Shown: positions 32,001 through 45,364, numbered from the stretch's first letter. The stretch is 64,000 nucleotides of DNA from Lytechinus pictus (GCF_037042905.1 NC_087251.1:29576001-29640000), one strand, 5' to 3'. The notes: generated by a model from the letters alone, not told the origin. Program-made: numbers and translations.

Positions 32001-32069
32001 GGAGGTTTAATTAAACTAGGGTTAACTTTAGACTAGGGTTAAATTAAACCTGCTATCAGAATACGGGCC
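29011..32069. mobile_element. PIF/Harbinger-like non-autonomous element with internal tandem repeats
   Basis: TIR GGCCCGTATTCTGATAGC / GCTATCAGAATACGGGCC; interrupts an older repeat; a short relative lies at 58148-58379. Confidence 0.75.
29250..30170. repeat. Degenerate tandem repeat of about 120-170 bp (TGTTGCCATGGTAAC core)
   Basis: gaaattgtgttgccatggtaac-like motif recurs near 29350, 29500, 29660, 29820 and 29970. Confidence 0.8.
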
Positions 32070-35000
32070 CATGTGTTTAAACAAATAAATTTCACAAATT
32101 GACCTTTGACCTACATATTCCAAAATCCATTCAAATCGTCTTCCTAATGATGGTACATGTTAAACACCAAGTTTTTACATCCATACCTCAAGCTGTTTAG
32201 GTGATATTGCTTTGACAAGAAAATAACCTGAATTTTACATACAAGGACCACATATGAAGTTCACACCTTACGCAGTCTTGAATAAATTAAGTTTATGAGC
32301 AAGTTTGGATAATCCATGTGGAGTTAGAAGTTTCCAATACATTCTGTAAATCACTGTAATAGGGAAACATTGAGTAAGCAACTCTATCAACGTCCGTCAG
32401 CATTCAATCAATCTCGGGATATTCAGTATATTTCAAAATCTGGTGAGAAAACTCTGCATAGATTACCTGATCCTCATCAAAGAGCCAAGGATACTTCAGT
32501 CGGTCATCAGTGATCCTTGGCCGAGGGACAGAATTTATGATCCATGCCCTTCTGTCTGCCAGTGTCTTCTGCATGCAGAACTCAACTCTCTTGAAGTCTG
32601 GCTGCCTTTTTTTCAGTGCTCATCCACTCTATGTGCCTTGCAACAGTGTCAGATTTGGAAAGAATAAAAAATTATACTTAAAAAAAGAAAAAACAAAGAA
32701 TAAAAAATTATACTTAAAAAAAGAAAAAACAAATAGATTTAGAATCCTCATTCATTTAGTTTCTGTCAAATCACTTTTCATCCGAGTCCTTAATAGATAT
32801 TTACAGCAAATTTTACTATAATAGCAAGTTTTATGCAACGACACGCCAGTCTTGTTGCCAAAGACAAGAACAGAAAAGCTCCACTTGGTCACACTTTGCG
32901 ACTATCTGTCACAAACACACTGTACCAGTTAACATTTGGTGAAAGACCATAGCAGAACCATATACATGCGAATTAGACTAAAAAATTAACTTTAGGTAAA
33001 ATCTAACAGAGAAATGCATTACAAAATGTCACAACAATGTAGCCACTGTAAGATTCCTGCATCAATAGTGATACTCAAACATTAGTAAGTTATAATGCAA
33101 GAAATATTCTCATATTTTATGCATTTACTCACATTTACTTAATTCATCAACTCTTAAAGCGTTTAAAGCGTTTTTACTGGCCAAGTTCTAATCCTCTTTA
33201 ATAATCCTTCTGGTTGAGTCTCATATATAACTATGTCATGTGAAAAAGAGAAATGCCTTTAAGTTTGGCCATTATCAAGTAAAATATTTATCTAGAAGGA
33301 TGAATCAATTGCCAAAGAAATTAAATGGCATGCACTTGGGCAAGACTATGGCACATTGAGAGTTAATTGGGGTTTCTGTTTGGTACCAGATACTTACTCT
33401 CCACCATTCACCAGTTGCTGTGCACCGAGGACCACAGGTAGTTTGTAATTTTTACTCTCAATGGCCCTGTCACAAGTTCGTCCTCTTCCATGTCTGCAAA
33501 ATCGTAGAATTTGTCTTGCCATGTCTGCAGGAAAAATGTCTTCTTCTTTCACTCCAAATGTTGTGCACACCACCCTAAGCAGCTCCTGTTTTGAGGTCTC
33601 CTCTGACATGTTGGTTACCAACACCCTTCTTTGATTTTGGCCATATATCAATAAAAATTTGTACCTGGAATGAAAAGTAATTGATTTTCTTACTAAACCT
33701 GAATTTTGAATAAATAATGTATGCAAAGAGCTTTCAGGATAAATGTGTGTAATCAAAAGATATTGCATGTACATGGACACAAATATTCAGTTTTTGCCTC
33801 GATGCAAGAGGCAAACAAGACATATTCCAATGTTTGTCTGGGTTTGGTGATACATATTCCATTCATTTATCTTTTTTTCTAGTATTAGTTTCCTGTCTTC
33901 GAATATTAGTAAAATTGAAGGGATGGTCCAGGCTGGAAATATTTATATCTCAATAAATAGAAGAAAATTTACAGAGCAAAATGCTAAAAATTTAATCAAA
34001 ATCGAATAACAAATAAAGTTTTTGAATTTCAAATGATATTATTCCGGTGAAACAGTTCTAGGCATGTCTTTATGAATATTCATTAGGTTGGCTGGTGATG
34101 TCATATCCCCACTTGTTCTTTTGTGTTTTATTATGTGAAATTTGGTTTAATAAAAAAAATTGCTACCAAGAACTAAAACAATTGGATTGACAACTGATTA
34201 AGTGGACTAGTTATTTATTGCCTCAAGTTATTTCATCATAATGGAGACACATCATTTACACATGTATGAAAAAATGAAACATTTACGATGTCATGTAATG
34301 ACATAAGAAAAAATTGAAATGTGACATCATCAGCCCACCTATTGAATATTCATGATGATGTTAAGATGATGTTAAAGTATAGATCTAGATCTAGACCCTA
34401 GTCGATAGTCTAACGTTAATTAAGCCAGTAGGAGATCTAGTACAAAATTTTTCTTCATACTCGATGGCAGCCAACAAGTTTTTTTTTCAGGTAGGCCAAG
34501 CGCTAGCCTAAGTTAGGCCTAGGCTAGGGCCGGGACGCGAAATTATTTTTCCCACCGAGTTCTGGACCAACATATGAATATTCATGACTTGCGTCTTCGG
34601 ATTAAGAGTGCGCATGCGCGTGGACTTTTCCTCGACCAGTGCCGGTCGTAAGCATTCACGTGTCGTTGCTCAGAATGAATTAGCATCGTCAACTTACCGG
34701 TTCCCTTATAGTTACTTGGGCCTTATTGGCTTAAATCTATATCCAATTCTTAAACACTTATCAAACTAGCTGCCATTAATGGCAAGACATGGGCTAGGCT
34801 AGGGCTAGCTTAGGCTTGCGCATTAACTTTACCTCAAATCTGGACCTGTCTAATGCCTAACTTGTTAATACTAATAGTAATAGCCGACTAATGCCATGGA
34901 ACTTCGAACCGGTAAATTCCGAACTTTACGTTTGATTTCATTTACTATGGTTTAATATGTCTAGTCCGTATACAGAACCAGTCCTAGATCTAAAAAAAAA

Positions 35001-35338
35001 TATCTTAGTTCTAGTCTAGTCTCTAGATCTAGACTCTGATCTACGCTGTATCAGCATGGAACAACTAGTGTACCAAGGGGGGGGGCAGACTGCCCCCTGA
35101 CGATTTACAAATGATCCAGGGGACGTGCCCCCCTTTGAGAAGCCAAATTAATAATTTGTAATGTCAAAATGTAACAAAAAAAAAAGAATTATGTCCCCCC
35201 TTTTGAACGTGAAGATCTTTCTTTTTTTTTGCTTGTCAATTTTTTTTCAGCTAAGAAATCCTTAATTTGGGGTGAAGACGGGGATCAAGATCACTGACGT
35301 TAGTTTGTGCTTGACGTTAGAATACGTTCCATGCACTG

Positions 35339-36684
35339 CAGTGGCGTAGCTAGGATTTTTTCCTGGGGGTCACTGGGGGGGGTCCTTGCTTTTTCAGTGG
35401 GAGGGCACCGGCCATTTTTTCCGGTGTTTGTGTATGTGTCACAAGGGCGGATCAGACTTTCGCCAATAGGGGACGGGGCCCGAAATTATCTTTACCTATA
35501 TTTTCCCCGATCAGTCACTTCTTAGTTTTATTCTTATAAAACAACATAAACATGAAATAATATCATAAGCCTTATAAAAAGTGTGAGCGCGAAGCGCGAG
35601 CGATTAAAAAAAAATATTATGGGCAATGGAATGTGTGATCCTGAACAAGATTCGTATGCATGGTATGTAACTAGATGGTTACTGCAAACGCCAAGCACGA
35701 GCAGAAATTTGTATTAAATGTTCTAGCATTATCGAAAAGGGACCTGTTAAGGACTGCTTTCAGTTACCCACGAAGACGGTATATATTTCAATGATGCGAG
35801 CAATTTTTGACATTCCGACCTAAAAAATTGTCATTCTAAGCACTTTTTGTATTAATGAATGGGATAGGTATGTAACGAAACGATTGATGCGAGCGCGAAG
35901 CGCGAGAGGAAGAAAATTGAAATTTTAGACCTAAAAGCAGCACACTCTATTCATTTTTGTAATCATAAATAGGATATAGTTAATTGGGTATCATTAATAA
36001 TGCGATCGTGAAGCGTGAGCAGACAATTATTGATATTCTGATGTGAAACTGGATAATTTAAGCACATTTTAAATAAAGAACATGCAGGCTATCGCGCATG
36101 TTTTAGATTTAGACCTAGAATCTGGGCATTATGAATACATTTGTTTAATGGAACATTACGGAATACACGTAGACATTATAAACTTGGCAAATCAAACAAT
36201 GTGACCACGCAGCGTGAGCTTAAAATGCTGATATGTAGACCATAAAACGGACATTTTACAGAGCACTTAAATTTGTAAATGAAAAAAAAAATCATAATGA
36301 AAGCTCGAACGATGTCCGAGCTAAAATATGTTTTGTATATTGACTTCAAAACTTGCTCCATATCAGCCTATTGAGCAAGATGAATCTCATCAAACAGGCA
36401 ATTCTGGCGCGAAGCGCAAGCAAAAATTTTATATAGTAACATGAAATTTTTTTTTTTCAAGTCTTCTCCTCACATTATTTCATTCACTCGCGTTCCTCCC
36501 CTTATTTTCCTCTTCTTTTTTTTATTCTGTCTTTATTCTTCTTTTCCTTTTTCTTTTCTTTCTCCCCCCTTTTTTCTACTCTGCCAATTTTTTTCTGGGG
36601 GGGGGGGCACCTGGAAGGCTTACCAAATCTCGGGGGGGGGGGGCACGTGCCCCCAGCCCCCCCCCCCCCGTAGCTACGCCACTG
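35339..36684. mobile_element. hAT-like non-autonomous element inserted in the centre of foldback copy 2
   Basis: TIR CAGTGGCGTAGCTA / TAGCTACGCCACTG; 8-bp TSD ATGCACTG (35331-38, 36685-92); absent from copy 1. Confidence 0.9.
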
Positions 36685-37094
36685 ATGCACTGTCGTACCT
36701 AGGATGAAAGGGGGGCAAATTTTTGGAGGATATTTCGTCCGCGAAAAAATGTGACAAGCCCCCCCCAAAAAAATAGCATTTTTACATTACAAATTATTAA
36801 TTTGGCTTCTCAAAGGGGGGGGGCACGTCCCGTGAATCAGTTGTGACTCGTCAGAGGAGCAGTCTGCCCCCCCCCCCCTTTGGTACACTAGTGGTTCCAT
36901 GCTGATACAGCGTAGATCAGAGTCTAGATCTAGAGACTAGACTCGAACTAAGATATATTTTTTTAGATCTAGGACTGGTTTTGTATACGGACTAGACAAA
37001 CCATGGCAAATAAGCTAACATTTGTCTAAACCTAATTAAACGTAAAGTTCGGAATTAACCAGTTCGAAGTTAATCATGGCATTAGTCGGCTATT

Positions 37095-38917
37095 CAGTGT
37101 TGTAGTCAAGGCTCAAACATCCAAGGCCAAGGCTTCAATACCAAGGCTTCAATACCAAAGGCCAAGGCCAAGGCATCGAAACCCAAGGCCAAGGCCTGAA
37201 AACCTCAAGGCCAAGGCATTTCAAACTTACGATATACAGAACAATGAACTAACAATACTTCAGACGTCACACATGGTAAAATGTATGTGAGCGAGGGGAC
37301 TGAGCGAGAAAAAATGAACCTTTGTACATTTAAAACAAAAATAATTTCATGACAGAGACATATCAAAATAATGATATAGTTACCTGTGTACACATAATAC
37401 ATAATTTTTCTAGGCGATTTACATTGCAATAATTATTATTACCACGGTCATCTGATCCTGGCATTCTCAACGTATGTTTTTCTCCACTGGGACAGGGGCA
37501 GCAGAAAATTATTATTGGGGGGGGGGGTCAACGTCAAAAAGGCACTCATCTATCAAAATGAGTTTTTTGTGCAAACAGATACATGTATTTTCAAAATGAG
37601 ATTATGAACTGCGTAAAGTAATTGTGTGTTTTGTAGAAATTAAGTTGAGCAAAGGCTTTCTAAAGTGATTTTTAATTATAAGATAGATATTTTGATTTAG
37701 GTTCTACTTCTCAGCGACAAAGCATAGCGAGCAAGCGGTTTTGACAAAAAAAAATCGATTCTGAAGTTGTAAAACTTGATTTATGGTCAATTATGGGGCT
37801 AATCATTGTTAAAAGGGCATCCTTGCATGCGCAATGTTGCCAGCGCGAACCACCAGCTCAAACTTCTTGACATGTTGTGTAATAAGGCATGGAAATTAAG
37901 TATTCTGAGCTGGTTTTGTAATCATGAAAAAGATGTCTATCTAACTAAAAAGTAACTTTACGCTCGCTATTTTTTTAAAATATACTAACCAGTAAAGGAA
38001 GCAGTTAATTACTGCATTTTAAATAGGATACATAACTCACCAATGAAAATAATGCGAGCGCAAAGCGCGAGCTCAAAAATTTGTGATATTCCAACCTAAA
38101 AACTTGACATTCTAAGCATTTTTTTGTGTGAACGGGAAGAGAACGAGTACAATAACAAATTTTGTTCACTCGCTCGCTTCAATCACTTTCTTCTTTTTTT
38201 TGACAAAAACTTTGTTCTATATGCCATGCTTGGCCCCTCAAAGTTTCTGGCTCATCATGCCATTGACATAACCCATTTGGATATGACAAAATTGAAGACT
38301 GTGTTCAAGTTTACCAAATCTTTTCAGAATATCATTAAGACTTAAAACAATCTTGTTGGCCAAAGAAAATATTACAAGGAAAATCCTAATGGAATAGAAA
38401 TCAACCTTGTTATTGTTCTTTAGAGTTAGCTATGTTTAAAGTATAAAAATTGTTGTCAAAATTGCAGTCAGATGTCAAATTTATTCTTGTCATCAAAGCA
38501 CTATTATCTTGATCATGATCATTAATTTACTGTCATTATCATCATTAGTCATGATTACAACACATTACCAATACATAATGCTATTTTTCATAACTGCTGT
38601 ATTCTTTGTTTGAAAATTCTTGATAATGGTGACAATTACAAGAGATGACACTGCTAGTACACTTCTGGTGACTGGTAGTATTGACCATTAGTGTCATTAA
38701 ATATTAAAAAAACCAAAAACAATTGAAACATTTATAATTACTTATTTAAAACAAATGAAAGTACAAAATACAAAATGCCTTGAAATTTCAAGGCTCAAAA
38801 TCTTCAAGGCCAAGGCCCTCTCAAGGCCAAGGCTTGAATGTTCAAGGCCAAGGCTTTGAAAAAGCAGGCATTAAGGCGCCTTAAGGCCAAGCCGAGCATC
38901 AAGGCACTACAACACTC
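37095..38917. mobile_element. Second copy of the nested CAGTGTTGTAGT element, with an internal deletion of about 750 bp
   Basis: Reverse complement of 7149-9716; junction near 38157 skips roughly 7907-8659 of copy 1. Confidence 0.8.
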
Positions 38918-40429
38918 ATAGACAGGTCCAGATTTGATTTAATGCGCTAGCCTAAGCGAGCCCTAGCCTAGCCCATGTCTTGCCATTAATGGCAGCTAGT
39001 TTGATAAGCGTTTAAGAATTGGATATATAATATATAGATCTAAGCCTGTAAGGCCTATGTAACTATGTAAGGGTACCGGTATAATTTGACGATCGATGCT
39101 AATTCATTCTGAGCAACTGAACGTGAATGCTTACGACCGGCACTGGTTGAGGCAAAGTCCACACGCATGCGTACTCTTAATCCGAAGACGCAAGTCATAT
39201 TGCAATATTCATATGTTGGTCCAGAACTCGGTGGGAAAAATAATTTCGCGGCCGGGACTAGGCTATGAGTACGACGTGTTCCACCATAATAATAAATCTA
39301 GTCCAAAGGCAAAGTCCAAGGCAAGCTCAAGCCTATATATAATTATATAGCCATAAATAACTTTTAGGCCCTACATGTAGCCAGCCCCAATGCCTGGCTT
39401 CAACTTCAAGTTGAAGTCAGAATACATTTCTAGACCCATGCAACACTCCTAATCAAAATAAATGCAGCAACAGCATTACAGACTAAGGCAAACTCTTGAA
39501 ATAATCCACTGCACTGACAGTGACACTGCCTGCTGCAGAGTGCAGTACCGTACGGTTCTACTCGGGCTTGGTACGGTACGCGCACAATCCGCCGAGTGTT
39601 CAATTTCCGAGTCATGCAAGGCCAAGGAGGTGCCAGGAGTGGACTAATTCACGAGAATGCCCAACAGATTACTGATTAGATAAGCTTACTTACCGTTAAC
39701 TATCTCCTGACAGTTCCATAATTTGTCTGTTCTCCTATAGTTTCAGTTAAAAAATTAGTTGAATGCAGTTAATTGCCTGAATTTCATGAACTTGAAGCTT
39801 AGCTAGCCCTTGGCCTTCGAAGCATTAAGCTGATTGTATCTGCACGGCGTACGTGTGTTGTGTGTGCATTTGTCTATGGTGTGTATAGCATACATGTACT
39901 GTGCGGGTTGTGCGTTACACATGTGGTACTCGGTGGTACTAGTACATCGACGCGCATAAAAAAAGGGCGCGAAAATGAGCGGGAGGGGTGGGGGGGGGGC
40001 AGGCGGGGAATGCGCGAAATCCGTGTTGAACACAATTATTAAGTAGACAGGTTCAAAATGACAAATGATATATATATACGTATAGACAGACAATGTTTAG
40101 TGACTGGGCAGACATATTTTGAAATTATACAAAAAGATAATATAGTCCTATTAAAAAAAAAAAAACACCAGCGGCCACCCCCGGCCCGACTACCTTCAAG
40201 ATCAACAACAACGGCCCTGCTTAGTTAGTAATTCAGGTCGCAGGCCTTTATTATTTTAGTCATGCCTTTGGATGGCCGAAAGTTAGTTAGTCAGAAACCA
40301 CAAATGGTGTTAGTCAAGCCTGTCTTTTTACGAAATACGAGTACTAGTCCACAGCTGAGTTAGTCGTGACAAGCTTTATAGGCCCAGACTAACAAAGTTA
40401 GTACCTTGGTAAAACGGGAATTTAATCAT

Positions 40430-42395
40430 GCTTTTTGTAACCAATGTTTTTTCACTTTCATTAAACCACGGTTAAAACCATGGTTATATAACAATCATTT
40501 TCAAACTATCATAAAACCATGGTTAAAATCATGGTGTATAACCGTCGTTTTCAACCTTGGTAAAACGCAAATTTAACCATGGTTTTGTAACCACTGTTTT
40601 TACACTTTCATTAAACCACGGTTAAAACCATGGTTATATAACCATCATTTTCAAACTATCTTAAAACCATGGTTAAAATCATGGTTTATAACCGTCGTTT
40701 TCAACCTTGCTAAGACGAATGTTTAACCATGGTTTTGTAACCACTGTTTTGACACTTTCATTAAACCACGGTTAAAACCATGGTTATATAACCATAATTT
40801 TCAAACTATCATAAAACAATGGTTAAAATCATGGTGTATCACCATCGTTTTCAACCATGGTAAAACGGAAATTTAACCATGGTATTGTAACCACTGTTTT
40901 TACACTTTCATTAAACCACGGTTAAAACCATGGCTATATAACAATCATTTTCAAACTATCATAAAACCATGGTTAAAATCATGGTGTATAACCGTCGTTT
41001 TCAACCTTGGTAAAACGGAAATTTAACCATGGTTTTGTAACCACTGTTTTTACACTTTCATTAAACCACGGTTAAAACCATGGTTATATAACCATCGTTT
41101 TCAAACTATCTTGAAACCATGGTTAAAATTTTGGTTTATAACCGTTGTTTTCAACCTTGCTAAGACGAATGTTTAACCATGGTCTCGTAACCAATGTTTT
41201 TACACTTTCATTAAACCACGGTTAAAACCATGGTTATATATAACAATCATTTTCAAACTATCATAAAACCATGGTTAAAATCATGGTGTATAACCGTCGT
41301 TTTCAACCTTGGTAAAACGGAAATTTAACCATGATTTTGTAACCACTGTTTTTACACTTTCATTAAACCACGGTTAAAACCATAATTATATAACCATCAT
41401 TTTCAAACTATCATAAAACCATGGTTAAAATCATGGTGTATAACCGTCGTTTTCAACCATGGTAAAACGGAAATTTAACCATGGTATTGTAACCACTGTT
41501 TTTACACTTTCATTAAACCACGGTTAAAACCATGGTTATATAACCATCATTTTCAAACTATCATAAAACTATTATTAAAATCATGGTGTATAACCGTCGT
41601 TTTCAACCATGGTAAAACAGAAATTTAACCATGGTATTGTAACCACTGTTTTTACACTTTCATTAAACCACGGTTAAAACCATGGTTATATAACCATCAT
41701 TTTCAAACAATCTTAAAACCATGGTTAAAATCATGGTGTATAACCGTCGTTTTCAACCTTGGTGAAACGGAAATTTAACCATGGTTTTGTAACCACTGTT
41801 TTTACACTCTCATTAAACCACGGTTAAAACCATGGTTATATAACCATCATTTTCAAACTATCTTAAAACCATGGTTAAAATCATGGTGTATAACCGTCGT
41901 TTTCAACCTTGGTAAAACGGAATTTTAACCATGGTATTATAAATACTGTTTTTATGCTATCATAAAACCATGGTTTAAATCATGGTTTTATAACATTGAT
42001 TTCCAACCTTAGTAGAACGGGAGTTAAACCAAGGTTTCCTAACCATTGTTTTTATACTACTGTGAAACCATGGTTACAACCATGGTTAAATTACTATGGT
42101 TTTTTTCACCAAAGTAGAACGATGATTTTTTCATGGTTTTATAACTATTGTTTTTTAACTTTCTTAAAACTGTGGTATAATGATGGTTTTTATAACCATG
42201 GTTTTAAAATCGTCATAAAATGACATTTTTATCATGTTATTATAACTATGGTATTTTAACAATGGTATTACCATACTTCCGCCACACATTTACCTTGGTT
42301 ATGATTTTAAAACCATGGACTACCATCGATCCATTGTAAAACCGCCCCTAACCATGGTTATACCATGATTACGGTTGTAAAACCATGTTTTTTTT
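40430..42395. repeat. Right subterminal array: about 13 tandem 120-bp units plus degenerate tail
   Basis: cattaaaccacggttaaaaccatggttatata recurs every ~120 bp from about 40460 to 41830. Confidence 0.95.
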
Positions 42396-43816
42396 TTATA
42401 AGGGACTCGCCTATTGGACTGAGCACTCGAATTCCAGTTCCCAGGGAGTGGAGTGGGGAAAGTGACGGGGTCCATGGTGTCCACCCGGGCCATGTCTGTT
42501 TTTAGACAGATCTAACAACATTTTCGGGCGTATAGGCTTCAAGCCCACACCCCCTACCTCCGGGGGTGGGGGGCAGTCAAAATAATGTACACATGCGTGA
42601 CCAAATTATTTTCAAACACCCCATAAACGAGTTTTTCTCTGTGTGCGAAATAACCCCAAACAAGTTTTTCGCCGGCTTTATTTACACATTTTGGCCTTTA
42701 AACAAGTTGTCGCCAGACTTAGACCCCGGGCAAAAAGCTTGGGGGAAAACATACCCTAAACACGTTTGGCTATATATCTAGTCTTAAAAATGACCTGCGA
42801 TTTACCATTGACCAGTCTTTCAAACCACCCTTTAAAAAAAATCGGTGTTTTTGATACCCTTAAGGCCCGCGTCCAAAACTGAAAAAAAAAACTTTAAACG
42901 CGTTTTTTTTTTGTTCACGCATGTGTACAGCAATATTATATATTTGACCCCCCCCCCCCCCCCCCCCGGCTTCAAGCATGGACCTATTGATAGGTCCCTG
43001 CTTCAAGCAAGAAGGGAGTTTGGAAAAAAAAATTAAAAAATGATCTTTAAAAAATTATGCCATATATACAATTCGCTAGAACTGAAATAACATAGAGAGA
43101 GGGAGAGAGAGAGAGAAAGGGGGAGGGGGTGGGAACAGGGAAGGGGAGATATTGATGTATTAAGGCAAGAATACATGTTTGAATATTCAACTGATTTTTT
43201 TTAGATTTCAAAGAGCTAGATTGCTTTAATTCAATTCGAGTCCCGTTTTGTTAATCTCTGAAATTTAAAGGTAGAAAATTAATGAGAAGCATGGTGAAAC
43301 AAAAATGGGATTGACCATTGTATGAGACCAAAACAGGCAGGAATACGTTGGTTTACCAAGTGCTCCGCCTCCGCAGATGTTTCAACGACATTGGCATACT
43401 GCCAACTTACTATCGCATCGTACATGATGCAATAACACGACTTTGACGAAGGTATGATATTCATATTCAATGATGATTCTTGAATTCATACAAGAGAGGC
43501 TTATCGTTATATCAGTTTTTATAAGAACAAAATAATAGAGTTTCTGATTTTTTTAAAGTAAACAATCAATATTTATTCAATAAGAAATTATCCACGTGAG
43601 GTTAAACAAGTGATATGTGATTATCTTGACCTGATTTGTATAATGTTTCACACTGTTCCCTGTGTATAAATGGAACGGTCAACCGTTAAGATTCCTGCGT
43701 GACGTCAGACGATGCCGAGAATCGCTTGGCTAGTCTAGGCAACAAGACTCTTTTTCCAAGGGAGGCGGGACGCGAATACGTTGACAGTTTTTGCTGAATC
43801 AAGTTTGCTTTCTTGC

Positions 43817-43966
43817 CAGGGGCCGCGGAAGCGGGGGGCTGGGGAGCTTCAGCCCTCACTTTTTTTCAAAAACCATGTACAAAAACGTAAAAATTACCAT
43901 ATGATTGTGATTTTTTGCATGGTCAGCCCCCCCACTTTTGGCTCAGCCCCCGTTCCGTGGCCCCTG
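43817..43966. mobile_element. MITE with CAGGGGCCGCGGAA termini; partial inverted copy at about 2638-2736
   Basis: TIR caggggccgcggaa / ttccgtggcccctg; interior is the reverse complement of about 2680-2736. Confidence 0.7.
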
Positions 43967-44689
43967 CTTAGGCTGCTTTCTACCTCCATGCTTTCATTCA
44001 AGACGATGACGTTACTCGTATAAGCACACCCCTTTCTATCATAATATGATTACATATAATACATATTTGAGTGTCAATGTTTAGGGGATTACTATTATCT
44101 TTAGATTAATTCATTCATTTTCAACATACAATTAAGTAATAATTGAAAAGCAACTAAAATGAGTGAATCCATGCAAATGGGCAATGTCGGTACTGCCTTT
44201 TAGAAACCTGTATCACTTATCCAAATCTGAATGAAAAAAAGAACCTCTTTTATGACCAACTGAGTGACTCAAAAAAAGGAAAAGGTCACCATCAAAGAAA
44301 CATTTACACTATAGACCCTGTCAAGAAGTAAATTATAAAAATGCTCAATTTTCATGTAATAAAATAACACAGAGAATGAGAAGCCGAGAGTGAGAAGTAA
44401 TTAAAGCACGACATGGAATAGAAGATGTACAGATTTCAAGAACGATCGATGCTAATTTGATGATATATGCTCCCCAGGGAGTGAGAAGTGCATATATTGT
44501 ATGCGGGCATGCAAGGATGTATGCAAGGGTACCACAATAAACACATCTTTTGCCTGGATCAAGGTCATTTTTTCAAATATTTTTCTTGTGAATTCCCATA
44601 TCTTGACAATAATTCCGGGTAAGGGGTAATAATTCAGCCGGTAATTCAGCCCTCTCAGTATTAAGAGGGTCTGAAAATCATAGACTATA

Positions 44690-44985
44690 TTCGGAAGCTG
44701 TGCACACGGACCTCTTATTTTGACGTATCGGCCGCGTGCTCAAGCTAGCATGCATCGCTCTCGATCTCGTCTCCCGCCGGCCGCGCCGGTACCGCACCCA
44801 TTCATAACAACAACACGATAGTAAATTCGCTGACGTATACGCGCCATTTACACAAGCGCAGCACATTGATATAGTACAGACACCGGCCGGTGAAACTCCT
44901 CGAAGAAAATTCCAAGACAACGACAAGAGTGTCGAATTTCATCTTCTAACTTGAACTTGAATTGGGACTTCATATAAAAGCCAAG
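44690..44985 (+). promoter_or_regulatory. CpG-rich promoter / 5' UTR region of the SLC3A2-like gene
   Basis: Local CpG enrichment (ccgccggccgcgccggtaccgc) in an AT-rich background just upstream of the ATG; a second CpG patch at about 45540-45780. Confidence 0.5.
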
Positions 44986-45364
44986 ATGGGCGACGACAGA
45001 AAGCCAGAATATGATGCAAAGTACGAAATGGCTCCTCAATCAGAAGCCGATCTCGAAAAAGGCGAAGTGAAGATCGCTGATCCCAGCGATGAGAAGAAAT
45101 CTGCCGACGTGGATAATGAATGGGGTGGCTTGAATAAAGCCGAGCTGCTTGAAGTTGCCGACACCCCGTTCTGGAATTGGACCCGTAACATCTTGCTGAT
45201 TCTTTTCTGGGTTGGTTGGCTTGCGATGCTTGTTGCTGCGATTGTTATTGTGGTGAAAGTACCCCGATGCCCAGAAGTTGAGTGGTGGGAAAAGAGTGTT
45301 TTCTACCGAGTTATGCCCCAGTCATTCAAGGATAGCAACGGCGATGGTTATGGCGATCTCAAAG
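44986..45364 (+). CDS. SLC3A2: SLC3A2-like exon 1 (cytoplasmic tail, TM helix, light-chain Cys)
   Basis: ccaagATGg start context; MGDDRKPEY...[34 protein letters not shown]; gtaaac donor. Confidence 0.9.

Larger units (their letters stand above)
34527..39257. mobile_element. Composite foldback element, copy 2, inverted relative to copy 1
   Basis: Same arms (gcgaaattatttttcccaccgagttctggacc...); 8-bp flanking direct repeat CTAGGCTA (34519-26, 39258-65). Confidence 0.9.
32405..39719 (-). pseudogene. Disrupted spliced gene of the SAMD3-like / transposon accessory-protein type inside the CACTA-like element
   Basis: Exon 39719-39694 (MELSGDS*R, GTAAGT donor); exon 33664-33398 (YKFLLIYGQNQRRVLV...TFGVKEEDI, frameshift, FLQTWQDKFYDFADMEEDELVTGPLRVKIT); segment about 32653-32405 (DTVARHIEWMSTE, frameshift, KRQPDFKRVEFCMQKTLADRRAWIINSVPRPRITDDRLKYPWLFDEDQVIYAEF). 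Family recognised from memory of the M.KT...RR..I....P....YP.LF...Q...EF pattern. Confidence 0.6.
23660..42404. mobile_element. 18.7-kb CACTA/EnSpm (CMC)-like DNA transposon; no transposase recognised
   Basis: Left end CCCTTGTAAAAAAAAACCATGGTTT; right end reverse complement CCCTTATAAAAAAAAAACATGGTTT; AC on both flanks (23658-59, 42405-06); kb-long subterminal AACCATGGTT arrays at both ends. Confidence 0.75.

Noticed and set aside
33394..33780. 128-aa ORF as an intact stand-alone gene
   Set aside because: Its N-terminus is intronic (acceptor at 33665-66) and its C-terminal half appears out of frame; treated as part of the pseudogene.
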